Source: Octopus sinensis (Eukaryota). From it: a stretch of DNA of 64,000 nt. Below the pieces are notes generated by a model that searched no databases, was not told the origin of the DNA, and saw only the letters and a list, made by a program, of their open reading frames with translations. Where the stretch lies: NCBI RefSeq assembly GCF_006345805.1, contig NC_043023.1, positions 4,154,001 through 4,218,000 of the forward strand. Reading direction: 5' to 3'. Shown one piece after another: positions 12,851-26,800 of the stretch. The first letter of the stretch is position 1; the number at the start of each line of letters is the position of its first letter. The position numbers were made by a program, and so were the translations under genes.

Positions 12851-15563
12851 GTATATGAATGAGTGGACAAACAAAGTAGCATTTGGCACATTTGTATGAG
12901 CTATATGTATTTTTTGATCAGCTCCCTGGAAGCTAGAGTTTTATGGGCCTGTTGAACGAACCTGACTTGGCAGGGGCCTGATGAAACTGACCCTACGAAA
13001 CTCTTAAGTCGCATGAAGCTGAGTGGGGCTGGTATTGAATAGTATATAAGTATATACACACTCAGACACTCACATTTGTACATGTCTGTATGTATATGTG
13101 TGTGTATATTATATATATATATGTGTGTGTGTGTGTGTATGCATGTACTCTATACATACAGGTGTTTGTGTATATGTATGTATGTATATATACATATGAT
13201 TGTATATGAAATGGAGGAACAAATGCTTTGTAAAACAATAATGTTATGGTGATGATGATGATGATAAGAATATAACAATGATGATGATGATGATGGTGAT
13301 AGCGTTGGCATAGAAACGGTAACACACTGAAACGTTAAATGCCTTAACTTCTGAAACAGTATTTAGGTTTGTCCAGCCGAGATCCAGCAGGGGATAGAGG
13401 TTCAATCCACACCAGCAGTCCTATGATATTGGGATTGGTGACAGGGTAAGTAACGATGGTCGTGGCGGTGGTGGTGGTGGTGGTGTTAAGGGTCATGCTT
13501 GACATTGTTCTTGTTGCCCCTGCTGCACCTTAATCGACCCCTAAACAGTGGTGGGCATTCAGGTCAATATACATGTCCTATCTTTTAAGGAACCATCACT
13601 TTACCCCCTGAATATCTGTGTATATTTGTATGATATTGTATGTGTTTGTGTGTCAGTCTACACGTATTCCCTCCAATGTCCAGTCCATTGCTGTATGTAT
13701 GCGTGTATGAATGTATGTATAAATGTATGTTTTCCTTTTTCTTTTTTTGGTGGTCTTTGTTATAATGTGGTCCACATTTGATCCAGTAGACTTATGACCC
13801 ACAAATGAAATATTCAAAATAAACATTTATAGACATACACACACATATTAAAGCTATCCATCCCATATGCCTGTACAAACATGTCCTCTGTCTCCTGGTT
13901 AGATTATCCAATCAAGGCCCTGCTCTCATTCAATGCAGCAACTGCAGGCTGGAAGAGGCCTTGTGACAAGCCCCACACTAGATGGCTAGAAATCACCTTG
14001 GAGGATGCAGATGGGCTAGAACAGGAGCACTAGTGGACATGGTCAGCTCTATAGATGAGATCTCTGGGACCATTAACCTGGGATTATCCTAGCTTCATTA
14101 TGAATGAGCATAAAACCAGACCAAAAAGCCCTATATTATGTTAACACCTAGAAGATGCTTCTTTTCCATCCATCAGGTGTTTTGACCCTGAACTGTAACA
14201 GCCTCCCTTTGGTGGGTCAGCAGAGGTGGCCAAATCACTGCCCCTCATCTCCTCCTGGCTTCCAGCTTAACGCCTCTCTCTTGCTCCATAACCAACAAGA
14301 AGCTCTTTCTGCTGCCTCTCCCATCTAGTGCACGGCCACCCTTTGCGCTTTCCCTTTCAATTCAATGACTGTAAGCATCCTCCGACAGCTGACCTCAACT
14401 GGGAAAAGCCCTGCCTACCATGCCCTTCCCTCTGCAATTCTGCAGAAGGCTCGCATATATGGTACCTGGTTGAGAACTATCATAATAAGAGTTAGATTTT
14501 GAGAGTTGGACAAGGGGGCTGCTCTGCAACTACGTGACCCCTAATTCATGTAGCTATCACTAAACAGCAACACCCGTGACCCACCTACATCATCCTTTCC
14601 CACAAAAATATATTTTTGCCTTTCATTTAAACTTGCCTTCGTCCAAGTTGCCCAACAAACCAAAAACAAAGAAAGGATAATGATTTTTGTTTTTTATTAT
14701 TTAAAAAATTTTTTTTCTTAAATAATTCAACCAAACTTTTCAAAACCATTGTCCCAACCAAAAGTTAATCCTTTAAAAAATATCAACATTAATTACTGAA
14801 GATGAAAATTTGGAGATACATATATATCATTAGTTCATCCATTGTTGTCACATGGAAGAAGAAAACAGTGCATGGTGTGTCCAGCTGTGACCAATCAGTC
14901 CAGTGCATACTCAGGGGGCTCTGTTGGTGCTGAAGGCAAAGAGTTGGCTCTGGACTTGTGCAGTTTGCTTTTTCTTTGGGCCCTTCCAATCCTGTTCGTC
15001 GGAGGTGACACCTTTGCTAGTGCAGTTTTGCCAGTCAGAGTAGCCTTGTACTCGCATTTCTCAATTATCAGGATTTATCTCCAAGCTATTCAGTGGCGCT
15101 TTGAGTGTATCCTTGAAGTATATGTCTATGGATATATATATTTCATTTCGATTTGTCCCAAACCATGTGCTCTTAATATTACTAAATATTTTGTACCAAT
15201 CTTTTTCTCCTTTCACTCCTGCTCTTTACTTCTTGATACATTTGACCATCTCCCCTTAATCTACCTTCAAACGTTTTTTGTTATCCTTTCCGAATCAATA
15301 TAAGTACCAGTTGTGAACTGAAATCAATGGAATCAACTTAAACTCCCTCCTCCAAAGTTTCTGGCCTTTGCTAAAATTTGAAGACTGGCAGAATCATTAG
15401 CATGCACAGGTGTAGCTGTCTGGTAAGAAGTTTACTTACTAACCACATGGTTGCAGGTTCAGTCCCACTGTATGGCACCTTGGGCAAGTGTCTTCTACTA
15501 TAGCCTCAAGCCGACCGAGTCCTTGTGAGTAAAATTGGTATATTGAAAGGAACCTGTTGCATA

Positions 15564-15610
<47 letters not shown>

Positions 15611-18588
15611 TGTGTGTCTTTGTTTCTGTGTTTGTCTCCACTTGACAACCAGTGTTGGTGTGTTTATATCCCCATGACTTAGCAGTTGCGCGAAAGATTG
15701 ATAGAATAAGTGCTAAGCTTAAAAAGAAAATACATTCTGGGGTCAATTAGTTTGACTAGAAATTTCTCAAGGCATTGCTCCAGCATGGCTGCAGTCTAAT
15801 GCCTGAAACAAGTAATAGGTAAATGCTTGAATGGCATTTCTTCAGCTTTTTTCATTCTGTGTCCAAATGCTGCTGAGGTCAAGATTGCCGTTTGTCCCTT
15901 CAGGGTCAACAAAATAAGTATAAGTACCGTCTTGGAACTGTGGCCAATGTAACCAACTCGTCCTCACTAACTAAAATTTCAGGTTCTGTGCCTATACTAG
16001 AGATTATAATTAGCTGGTAGAATTCTTACGACACCAGTCAAAATGCTTAGTGGTTTTCATCTGTCTTCACATTCTAGTTCAAATTCCACCAAGGTCAACT
16101 TTGCCTTTTATCCTTTCAGGGTTGATAAAATAAGTCCCAGTTGAGAACTGGGGTCAAATTAATCAACTTGATCCATCTCCCAAAGTGCTGGCCTTGTGAA
16201 AAACTTTGAAATCATTATTATTATTATTATTATTAGTTGGCAGAATTGTTCGCATGCCAAGTAAAATGCTGAGTGGTATTTCACCTGTCTTTACATTCTG
16301 AGTTCAAATTCTGTCACGGTTGAATTTGGCTTCCATCCTTTCAAGGTCAAAATAAGTACCAGATAAGTAATGGGGTCGATGTAATCAATTTACCACCTCC
16401 CAGAAATTGCTGGCCTTGTGCCAAAATTTGAAATTATTATTAGCAATATTCTTGCCTCTTTCTTTTCATAAATATTTGCTGCTGTCTTTTTTGATGGGTG
16501 AGGTAGAGGGGCCCTTTGTTTTAATCATTTCTTTCACATATATATATATGTGTATATATGTATATACATGCATTTAGCCTCTTTCATCTTGCCATGATGT
16601 CCCTCATTATTTACTGAAAGCACTCTAAGGCTTTTGTAATGCTGTTGAATTACTGCAGCATTGGCTTATGTATATTATATAAATATACATGGTTATTATC
16701 AGTGTTATTTTTCGACAGTTTAAATAAGACTTTTGACTGTTATTTCCATCAAGTAGACATACTCAGTGTGTCCTTTGATCAATATATATATATCTGTACG
16801 TATAGATGTGTGCGTGCATGAGCATCCTTGTTATGAGATGGGTTTACAAGTGCTGCAAATTTTCTGCTTTACTTTTGTATATGTGAGATGTTTAAAAAAA
16901 ATCTATGAATATTTGAAGACCACTAGATCTTGTCAGTTTCTTTTTCCTTTCCTCCAGTACCACCATGACCACCACCACAGCCACTAATCCCAATAATATC
17001 AACATCAATGGAGGTCACTCAACTTGGTAGAAATAGTATCCTAGTGTCCCTCTAATTACACCTCACTCTTTTAAAAACAATAAGAACTTGTTAGAAAACA
17101 CAGTCGTGGATATATTTTCTAAAATGACAGGATGTTTAAGTGACCCCTAATTCAGGACTTGTGTGGGGGCTAAATAACTGTAACCACTAAAACTAACCAG
17201 TATAGCATACTCTCGATACACTATGAATAAAAATTGGATGGTTACAGGTCTGCGGGATCAGGTCTGACCTAGGGCTAAACAGCAACTATAGCCACTAATA
17301 CTACTATCCTATACATTAGATAATTTAGTCCTAGATACACTGTATCAAAGCGGCGAGCTGGCAGAACCATTAGCACGTCAAGCAAAATACTTAGCGGTAT
17401 TTCATCTGCTGCTATGTTCTGAGTTCAAATTCAGTTGAGGTCAACTTTGCCTTTCATCCTTTTGGGGTCGATTAAATAAGTACCAGTTACACACTGGAGT
17501 CGATATAATCGACTTAATTTGTCCTTGTTTGTCCCTTCTGTGTTTAACCCCTTGTGGGCAGTAAAGAAATAGATACACTATGTCAGAATATAAGATGGGA
17601 TGATCACAGTTGGATCATCTTTGATCATAGGTCTGCTGGATCAAGACTAGCCTGTGGCTAAACATCAACAACTACAGCCACTAACACTAACTACTATCCT
17701 ATATCCTTGTGTCTGAATATAAGATGGGATGGTCACAGCTGGGGCATCTTTGATCATAAGTCTGGTGGATCAAGAAACACCTGGGGCTAAACAACAGCTA
17801 GAGCCACTAACACTAACCACGTACATCAAAATACTGGATACACTATGCCAGAATATAAGATGGGATGGTCACAGCAGGAACATCTTTGATCATGGGTCCA
17901 CTGGATCCAAGAGTAATTGCACAGCATTTAGAGGACCAAGTCATTGTTTGAAATCTGGTATAGTTGTGATGGTAAGGTTCTGCTGTACCAACCTCAGTCC
18001 TCTCAACCCCCTGCCACATTGAAGGTTGGGAGGTCACAAAAAAGGGTTTGTGTCCCACACCCTTGTTTTGTTTACCATTGTTACTTATTACATAATTTTA
18101 GGGTTTAAATTTTATTCTTGCCAATCACCCCACAAAAGCAATGGATCAACAAAGGGTACTTTTTTATGTGGCCACCAAACCTCCCTTAAACTATGTCCTG
18201 CAATATTATGAAAGAAACATCTTGGATAATATATATACTATGGGGTAAAGCAGGGCTGGTGTATGACACTATTCCAGACAGTAAAGATGAAATGGTCATT
18301 GTTGGACTGTCAATAGCCAAAGCGTAATAGTTGCTTGATCTGAAGAAATAATTGCTAACTTCCCCATCTCAAAACATGCATTATCATTTCTTAAAAAAAA
18401 AATTGAACAAATGGAAAGATGTATTGAGTGATGTGGTCTGATGAAAAATCAGTGATTGCCATGGGTGGATTGGCATTTGATCTGGTTTCTCTGATAAATC
18501 CAACTCTATTCATTTAATGTACATGTTTGCCTGCTTTAAGTTTGGGAATGAAAACAATGTGCTTTTTCACACACACACACTGGTATAA

Positions 18589-18623
<35 letters not shown>

Positions 18624-20435
18624 GCAATTAAGGACAACTACTTAATAAGGAAAACTTAACAAGAAATTGTCATATATATATATATATACACACACACACA
18701 TCCCACTCACCACTCCTGTATGTATGATATATGTATTTGTATACACACACACATATATATCTGTGTATGTGTAGGGGAAGGGGAAATGCATTCACTGCCA
18801 AATAAGGAAATTGAGCTCTCACCACTACCACTGAGGGAACTTCTACTTGGTAACTCAACCTGCTAAAAATAGCAGCTAAATTTCTCTCAAATCTCACCTT
18901 CCTGTCTTCAAACAAAAATGAAAAAATTAAACAAATCACATTAGATTGTATGTACAAAGAAAATAATCAGACAGGATGGTCAGTTTTGGATATGTCTGTC
19001 TTCTGAGTCAGTACTGACTGGCTGGGGCAGGTGGTGGGAGGAGGGACTAAACAACTGCCACCACCACCACCAATTCCAAGGATATTTTTATCTGACCCCT
19101 GCTGTCTGCACAACACAAACAACAACAAGCAACAATGAGTTTTGTTACAATTAACCTCCCCACCCCACGCCTCACCACTGAGATGAGGGGAACAAACGAC
19201 CATCACCGAAACACACACCTTCCCCCCCCCCAACCCCCTTCAAAAAAATTTATTTTAAAAATAAAGAACGGTTCCAACTCCTGTAGTGAAGGAAGTAATA
19301 ATAACAACAACAATAATAATAATAAACTTTGTTTTTGCCAAAAATATATAAATAAAGAGCCTGCCATTGGGTAGGATTGAACCTCAAAATCTTCTGGATT
19401 GCTAACAGTCAGCATCTTTAAACTTCTGCCAACGGATGTGATAAATCGAATTGAAATTTAAAAAAAATTTTATTGATTAAAATAATAAAAAAACAAAATC
19501 ATTTTCTTTTGTCTTAAAGTGTTGTTTATTTTTATTTTTCTTCTCTGCATCTTTTTCTTGTCGCTGTAAATAATTTTGATGTAAATAATTTTTGGTGTTA
19601 GCATGATCCGATTTGAATTTTTTCTTCTACGGAAGGAAGAGCAAGCCTTCTTCTATCAAACTCTCAATTTTGGTCAACTTGCACCGCAAGGTCTCAGAGG
19701 ACATAGTGTTAGTTGAAAGCTGCCAAACCTGCCATACACAGACAACTATATATATATATACTATATATATATATGTATAAAATATATATTTGGAATATAT
19801 ATTATCATCACTTAACATCCCTCTTCCATACATGCATGGGTAGGATGGATGACAGGAGCTGGCCAGATAGGAAACTATCCTAGACTGCTGTGTCTGTTTT
19901 GACAGGTTTTTACAACTGGATGCCCTTCCAAATGCCAACAACTTTACAGTGTGGACTGGATGCTTTTTACATTGCTGCAGCACTGGCAAGGAATTTTGAG
20001 AGGGGCAGGGACATTTGAGGAGGGGAACTCATGTCAGAGGATGAAAGGTGGGACAGAGGGAGACAGAAACAGGTGTCTGGCTATAACAGGGGCCTAACAT
20101 TCAAAGATAATTCTTCATCACCTCATCCCATGTCTTCCTGAGTCTACCTCTTCTGCAGGTTCCCTCCACAATTTTAAATATGTAATTATGTAAATAGTGA
20201 TAATAATAATTATAAGTTTTCAATGTATATTGGCCGAAGAAAAGTTGGTGTAATTGGTTAGCACACTTATGAATATAAGAAGTGGGTTTGCTTCTCATGC
20301 ATACTAATTCCCACTTTTTGCCATCAAGGCTTAGATGCCCCAATATTGGACCATGTTCAGTGATTGCTTAAAGTTTATAATCATTATTATTATTTATAGA
20401 ATTTAATGCAGAATATATAATTATATACATCGTCT

Positions 20436-20465
<30 letters not shown>

Positions 20466-20467
<2 letters not shown>

Positions 20468-20830
20468 CTAGCAGTATCGGGTTTGTTTCGACCCTTTAGA
20501 ATTGGAATTTTTGAAAAGTCAAAATTTTGCTTTATGTAGCTAGTTATTCTCTTTAAGTGAACATTTTTCTGGTTGAAATACACCAAAAAATGGTGACACA
20601 GCAGTCAAAAAATCATAAAAAATAGGGATATTCATAGAAAAAAAGTACCATTTTGATGTAAATAATTTTTGGTGTTAACATGGTCCGATTTGAATTTTAT
20701 CTTCTGCGGAAAGAAGAGCAAGCCTTCTTCTATCATACTCTCAATTTTGGTCAACTTGCACCGCAGGGTCTTGGAGGAGAAAGTGTTAGTTGAACCTGCC
20801 ATACATAGACAACTATATATATATATATAT
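20466..20830 (+). mobile_element. Non-autonomous Helitron-like element (related termini); 3' half duplicated at ~19572-19760
   Basis: Starts TACTAGCAGTATCG. About 190 bp (TTTTGATGTAAATAATTTTTGGTGTT...GACAACTATATA) recurs at 19572-19760. Confidence 0.5.
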
Positions 20831-21841
20831 ATATATATGTATTGTATAAAATATATATTTAGAATATATATTATATATAAAATAAATGTGTGTGCACACA
20901 AACATGCAGTGAACCTAGACTAAGCTAACATAAGATAAGTGATTACATTGCCAAGAAGGTGAGACAAATGGTAAGAGGGGAGCTTGACTGGTCCTGTCTA
21001 ATGTCTCCTTAATAGATGTCTTAGCATATGTGTAACAGCAAGGGACTGAAAGGCTTTGGCTCCGCTCCGCTTGGTGACTAGGAATGCTTTTCGACAAGGG
21101 TACAACAGGGGTAAGTCTGATATCAAAAGGATCACGCTGGTTGATGATACAAAAACATTTACATTTCGTGTCATGCTGTGAATATCTCCTGGAGTGGAGC
21201 CCCAGGGTGGGTCAGAAATGGTGGTGGTGGTGGTGACGGAGCTGGGGGGTGTTGAGAAAGAAAAAGGGTAGGTTCATGTGAGAGAGAGAGAGATCTTTAT
21301 GTGATAGAAGAGGTGCAGAGAGGAATGTAAACATATTAAGTGGATAGAGAGGGGATTAGAATGACGGATGGTGGGGTGAAGATTTTAGATAGTAAAGGGA
21401 GGGGTGAGTGAGAGGGCCAGCATTAAGAAATGGATGGGTAAATGATAGATGTAGTGGGGTGGATGGGTGGGATGGTGAGGGTGGCTGCTTAAAAAGGATA
21501 AAAAAGAGGGGGGATGAGAAGCAATCAGGTGGTGGTGGTTTGGGTGATGGTGGTGGTGGTGGGGTTGGGTAGCTTTTCAAATAAGTCATTGCAGAAATTT
21601 GAGAAGAGCTGGGGAATTTGTGGTGATGATTGGCAAGAGCAGAAGGGATGAGACAAAGTGGAGGTGGATAGGTGGGACAATGAGCATATGGGGGGTGGGG
21701 CACAAAGCTGAATGCACCAGATATTATGAAACATCAACACATAAACCTGGGGTGGGGATAGAGATTGGCAGCTTGGTTGGTGTGAGATGTGAGATCTACT
21801 GACAGCATGATGTTATATATGTGTGCATATATATATATATA

Positions 21842-22072
21842 AGGCGGCGAGCTGGCAGAAACGTTAGCACGCCGGGCGAAATGCGTAGCCGTATTTCGTC
21901 TGCCGCTACGTTCTGAGTTCAAATTCGGCCGAGGTCGACTTTGCCTTTCATCCTTTTGGGGTCGATAAAATAAGTACCAGTTATGCACTGGGGTCGATGT
22001 AATCGACTTAATCCGTTTGTCTGTCCTTGTTTGTCCCCTCTGTGTTTATCCCCTTGTGGGTAGTAAAGAAAT
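21842..22072 (+). mobile_element. SINE family C (GGCGGCGAGCTGGCAGAA head; CCTTTCATCCTTTCGGGGTCGATAAA..AAGTACCAG core)
   Basis: Near-identical copies at 9414-9720, 9897-10130, 17349-17572 and 45045-45462, with diverged copies at 15960-16440, 51720-52110 (-), 54540-54720 (-) and 55130-55350 (-). The core resembles the recalled Meta-SINE domain (inference). Confidence 0.8.
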
Positions 22073-22340
22073 CATCATCATCATCATCATCGTTTAACGT
22101 CCGTTCTCCATGCTAGCATGGGTTGGACGGTTCGACCGGGGTTCTGGGAAGCCAGTAGTCTGCACCAGGCTCCAGTCTAATCTGGCAATGTTTCTACAGC
22201 TGGATGCCCTTCCTAACGCCAACAACTCCGTGAGTGTAGTGGGTGCTTTTTACGTGCCACCTGCACAGGTGCCAGGCGAGGCTGGCAACGGCCACGGTCG
22301 GATTGGTGTATTTTATGTGCCACCGGCACGGAAGCCAATG
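22073..22340 (-). mobile_element. Short retroposon family A with (GAT)n tail
   Basis: Sense strand: GGCACGTAAAAAGCACCCACTACAC...GTTGGCGTTAGGAAGGGCATCCAGC...CATGCTAGCATGGAGAACGGACGTTAAACGATGATG. Copies at 5345-5580 (+), 9715-9890 (-), 59750-60010 (-) and others. Confidence 0.75.
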
Positions 22341-22893
22341 TGTGTGTATGCATGTTTGTGAAGGTGCATGGCTTAGTGGCTAGGGTATTCAGGTCCTGAG
22401 TTCGAATCCTGGCATCACATTGTGTCCTTGAGCAAGAAACTTTATTTTACCAAGTTGTAGCTGTATTTCAAAAGAGCCAGCCTTGTCCCCTTCTGTGTCA
22501 TGCTGAATCTCCCTGGACTCAGAATGTAAAGAGCTACAAGAAATAGTAATAGTAATAGTATTACTATTATTAGTAATAGTAATAATAGCAAAAGTAATTT
22601 TTCAAAATAAACTGAAGTGATATATAAAGATATATTCAGTACATAAAAATGAGAAGTATCTACGTATCTATGTGTGTGTACTGGAAATTGAGATCAAGTG
22701 AGCTTTTTGCTCAACATGTAGTTTCCATCCACGCTGAGCTCATTTTGGTTTGCATGTTTGAGGAGTACTCAGCCAAACCCACAGGAAACAAAACCAATGC
22801 TTTTTATATGGCACCATCACCTGTGCCTTTTAAGTGGTACTATCACCAGTGCCTTTTTTTTAAGTGGCACCTTGGTTTTAGGATCTCAATTCT

Positions 22894-23820
22894 AGGGCCC
22901 AAGAAGCAATATCACATAACATACCGCTTCTGTTGCACTTCGGCGAATCTCATTTTCTGAGCCTCGTTTAAAATTTTTGTTAACAATACATTCTTTCTAG
23001 AATGTTTTATATTTGACCCATTTTTGCTTGTTTCGCTATACAATGTGAGCTTTCATATCCGATTTTTCCACACTCAAAACATTTACGATTTTTTAAAAGG
23101 ACAATTACTTCTAAAATGTAAACCTCCGCACATATATTGCAACTGCACCACACAAGCCAATAAATCTTCCATGTTTATGATTTTTTGCTTTAATTTTGTA
23201 CAAAAAAAAAAAACAAAATTTTTAACGTCCGACTTTTATACAATTTAGCGAAGCTGAGGTAAAATCAATGTTGTTCACACGACGTACTTCGCTAGACTCC
23301 AAAATGTACTTCTCTTTATTATTGCCACAAGGGCTCAACATAGAGGGGGGACAAACAAGAACAAACAGGACACCACAGAGGGGACAATACATAGAACGAA
23401 TATGAATGAAATGATTATGTAATAATGAAATTATGAAATGCAGTACCTTTAATTTTGTTTACAGTCCATTATTTAATAACAACCAATTAACATGTAACAT
23501 AACATTGCAAGTCGCTAATCCGTGTATTCTCCAGCGGCCCACATTGGATTCCTGACACATTGTCTTTCCAATAAAAACAGTCATATTACTCGCTATCCAT
23601 TGATTCAGGGCTATCTAAACGACAGACTGGTACTACCAGCGAAGAGTGGTCCCGGTGTGCGCACTCGCGCTAGCTAGTCGTAAGTAGTTGATCTACAACG
23701 ACTTCCGCTTGTGTTTGTATTTCAAGAAATTAATTAATATTTTTCGAACAAAGTAAATAAAACGCAAAGTAAATAATCTTTTAAACCAAGTAAATAAATT
23801 ATTTTTATAAACAAACTAAG
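22894..23820. repeat. Left arm of ~0.93 kb inverted repeat flanking the telomeric satellite
   Basis: Reverse complement of 38219-39139 along its whole length (AGGGCCCAAGAAGC...AAACAAACTAAG), with scattered substitutions. Confidence 0.97.
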
Positions 23821-26800
23821 GTTAGGGTTAAAAAATTAGGTCTAGGGTTAGGGTTAGGGTTAAAAAATTAGGTCTAGGGTTAGGGTTAGGGTTAAAAAAT
23901 TAGGTCTAGGGTTAGGGTTAGGGTTAAAGAATTAGGTCTAGGGTTAGGGTAAGGGCTAAAAAATTAGGTCTAGGGTGGTTAGGGTTAAAAAATTAGGTCT
24001 AGGGTTAGGGTTAGGGTTAAAAAATTAGGTCTAGGGTTAGGGCTAGGGTTAAAAAATTGGGTCTAGGGTTAGGGTTAGGGTTAAAAAATTAGGTCTAGGG
24101 TTAGGGTTAGGGTTAAAAAATTAGGTCTAGGGTTAGGGTTACGGTTAAAAAATTAGGTCTAGGGTTAGGGTTAGGGTTAAAAAATTAATTCTAGGGTTAG
24201 GGTTACGGTTAAAAAATTAGGTCTAGGAATAGGGTTAAAAAATTAGGTCTAGGGTTAGGGTTAGGGTTAAAAAATTGAGTCTAGGGTTAGGGTTAGGGTT
24301 AAAAAATTAGGTCTAGGGTTAGGGTTAGGGTTAAAAAATTAGGTCTAAGGTTAGTGTTAGGGTTAAAAAATTAGTGTTAGGGTTAAAAAATTAGGGTTAG
24401 GGTTAGGGTTAAAAAATTAGGTCTAGGGTTACGGTTAGGGTTAAAAAATTAGGTCTAGGGTTAGGGTTAGGGTTAAAAAATTAGGTCTAGGGTTAGGGTT
24501 AGGGTTAAAAAATTAGGTCTAGGGTAAGGGTTAGGGTTAAAAAATTAGGTCTAGGGTTAGGGTTAGGGTTAAAAAATTAGGTCTAGAGTTAGGGTTAGGG
24601 TTAAAAAATTAGGTCTAGGGTTAGGGTTAGGGTTAAAAAATTAGGTCTAGGGTTAGGGTTAAAAATTAGGTCTAGGGTTAGGGTTAGGGTTAAAAAATCA
24701 GGTCATGGGTTAGGGTTAGGGTTAAAAAATTAGGTCTAGGGTTAAAAAATTTTTAACCTAACCCTAGACCTAATTTTTTAACCCTAACCCTAACCCTAGA
24801 CCTAATTTTTGAACCCTAACCCTAACCCTAGACCTAATTTTTTAACCCTAACCCTAACCCTAGAGATAATTGTTTAACCCTAACCCTAACCCTAGACCTA
24901 ATTTTTTAACCCAAACCTTAACCCTAGACCTAATTTTTTCAACCTAACCCTAACCCTGGACCTAATTTTTTAACCCTAACCCTAACCCTAGACCAATTCT
25001 TTTAAACCTAACCCTAACCCTAGACCTAATTTTTTAACACTAAACCTAGACCTAATTTTTTAACTGTAACCCCAACCGTAGACCTAATTTTTCAACCCTT
25101 ACACTAACCCTAGACCTAATTTTTGAACCCTAACCCAAACCCTAGACCTAATTTTTTAACGCTAACCCTAACCCTAGACCTAATTTTTTAACCCTAACCC
25201 TAACCCTAGACCTAATTTTTAACCCTAACCCTAACCCTAGACCTAATTTTTTAACCCTAACCTTAACCCTAGTCCTAATTTTTTAACCCTAGAGCTAATT
25301 TTTTAAACCTAACCCTAACCCGAGACCTAATTTTTTAGCCCTAGCCCTAACACTAGAGATAATTTTTTAACCCTAACCCTAACCCTAACCATAGACCTAA
25401 ATTTTTAACCCTAACCCTAACAATAGAGATAATTTTTTAACCCTAACCCTAACCCTAGACCTAATTTTTTAAACCTAACCCTAGAGATAATTTTTTAACA
25501 GAACCGTAGACCTAATTTTTTAACCCTAACCCTAACCTTAGACGTAATTTTTTAACCCTAACCCTAGAGATAATATTTTAACCCTAACCCTAAACCTAGA
25601 CCTAATTTTTGAACCCTAACCCTAACCCTAGAGATAATTTTTTAACCCTAACCCTAACCCTAGACCTAATTTTTTAACCCTAACGCTAAACCTACACTTA
25701 ATTTTTTAACCCTAACCCTAACCCTAGACCTAATTTTATAACCCTAACCCAAAACCTAATTTTTTAACCCTAACCCTAGACCTAATTTTTTAAACCTAAC
25801 CCTAACCATAGACCTGAATTTTTAACCCAAACCCTAACCCTAGACCTAATTTTTTAACCCTAACCCTAATCCTAGACCTAATTTTTTAACCGTAACCCTA
25901 ACCCTAGACCTAATTTTTTGACCCTAACCCTAACCCTAGAGATATTTTTTTAACCCTAACCCTAAACCTAGACCTAATTTTTTGACCCAAACCTTAACCC
26001 TAGACCTAATTTTTTAACCCTAACCCTAACCATAGACCTAATTTTTTAACCCTAACCCTAGACCTAATTTTTTAACCCTAACCCTAACCCTAGAGATAAT
26101 TTTTTAACCCTAACCCTAACCCTAGACCAATTCTTTTAACCCTAACCCTAACCCTAGACCTAATTTTTTAACCCTAAACCTAACCCTAGACCTAATTTTT
26201 TAACCCTAACCCCAACCCTAGACCTAATTTTTTAACCCTTACCCTAAACATAGACCTAATTTTTTAACCCTAAACCTAACCCTAGACCTAATTTTTTAAC
26301 CCTAACCCTAACCCTACACCTAATTTTGTAACCCTAACCCTAACCCTACACCTAATTTTTTAACCCTAACCCTAACCCTAGACCTAATTTTTTAACCCTA
26401 ACCTTAACGCTACACCTAATTTTTTAACCCTAACCCTAACCCTAGACCAAATTTTTTAAACCTAACCCTAACCCGAGACCTAATTTTTTAGCCCTAACTC
26501 GAACCCTAGACCTAATTTTTTACCCTAACCCTAACCCTAGACCTTTTTTAAACCTAACCCTAACCCTAGACCAATTTTTTAACCCTAACCCTAAACCTAG
26601 ACCTAATATTTTAAACCCAACCCTAACCCTAGACCTAAATTTTTAACCCTAACCCTAACCCTAGACCTAATTTTTTAACCCTAACCCTAAACCTAGACCT
26701 AATTTTTTAACCCTAACCCTAACCCTAGACCTAATTTTTTAACCCTAACCCTAACCCTAGAGATAATTTTTTAACCCTAACCCTAACCCTAGACCTAATT

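Noticed and set aside
14842-15303. 153-aa ORF
   Set aside because: No recognisable domain or splice context, and the composition is consistent with a chance ORF or decayed repeat.
19350-19430. tRNA-like sequence on the minus strand (GGTTCAATCC B-box-like)
   Set aside because: No complete cloverleaf or acceptor stem. At best a decayed SINE head.
21356-21703. Proline-rich minus-strand ORF
   Set aside because: It arises from G/GGT-rich low-complexity sequence, and no motif could be supported.
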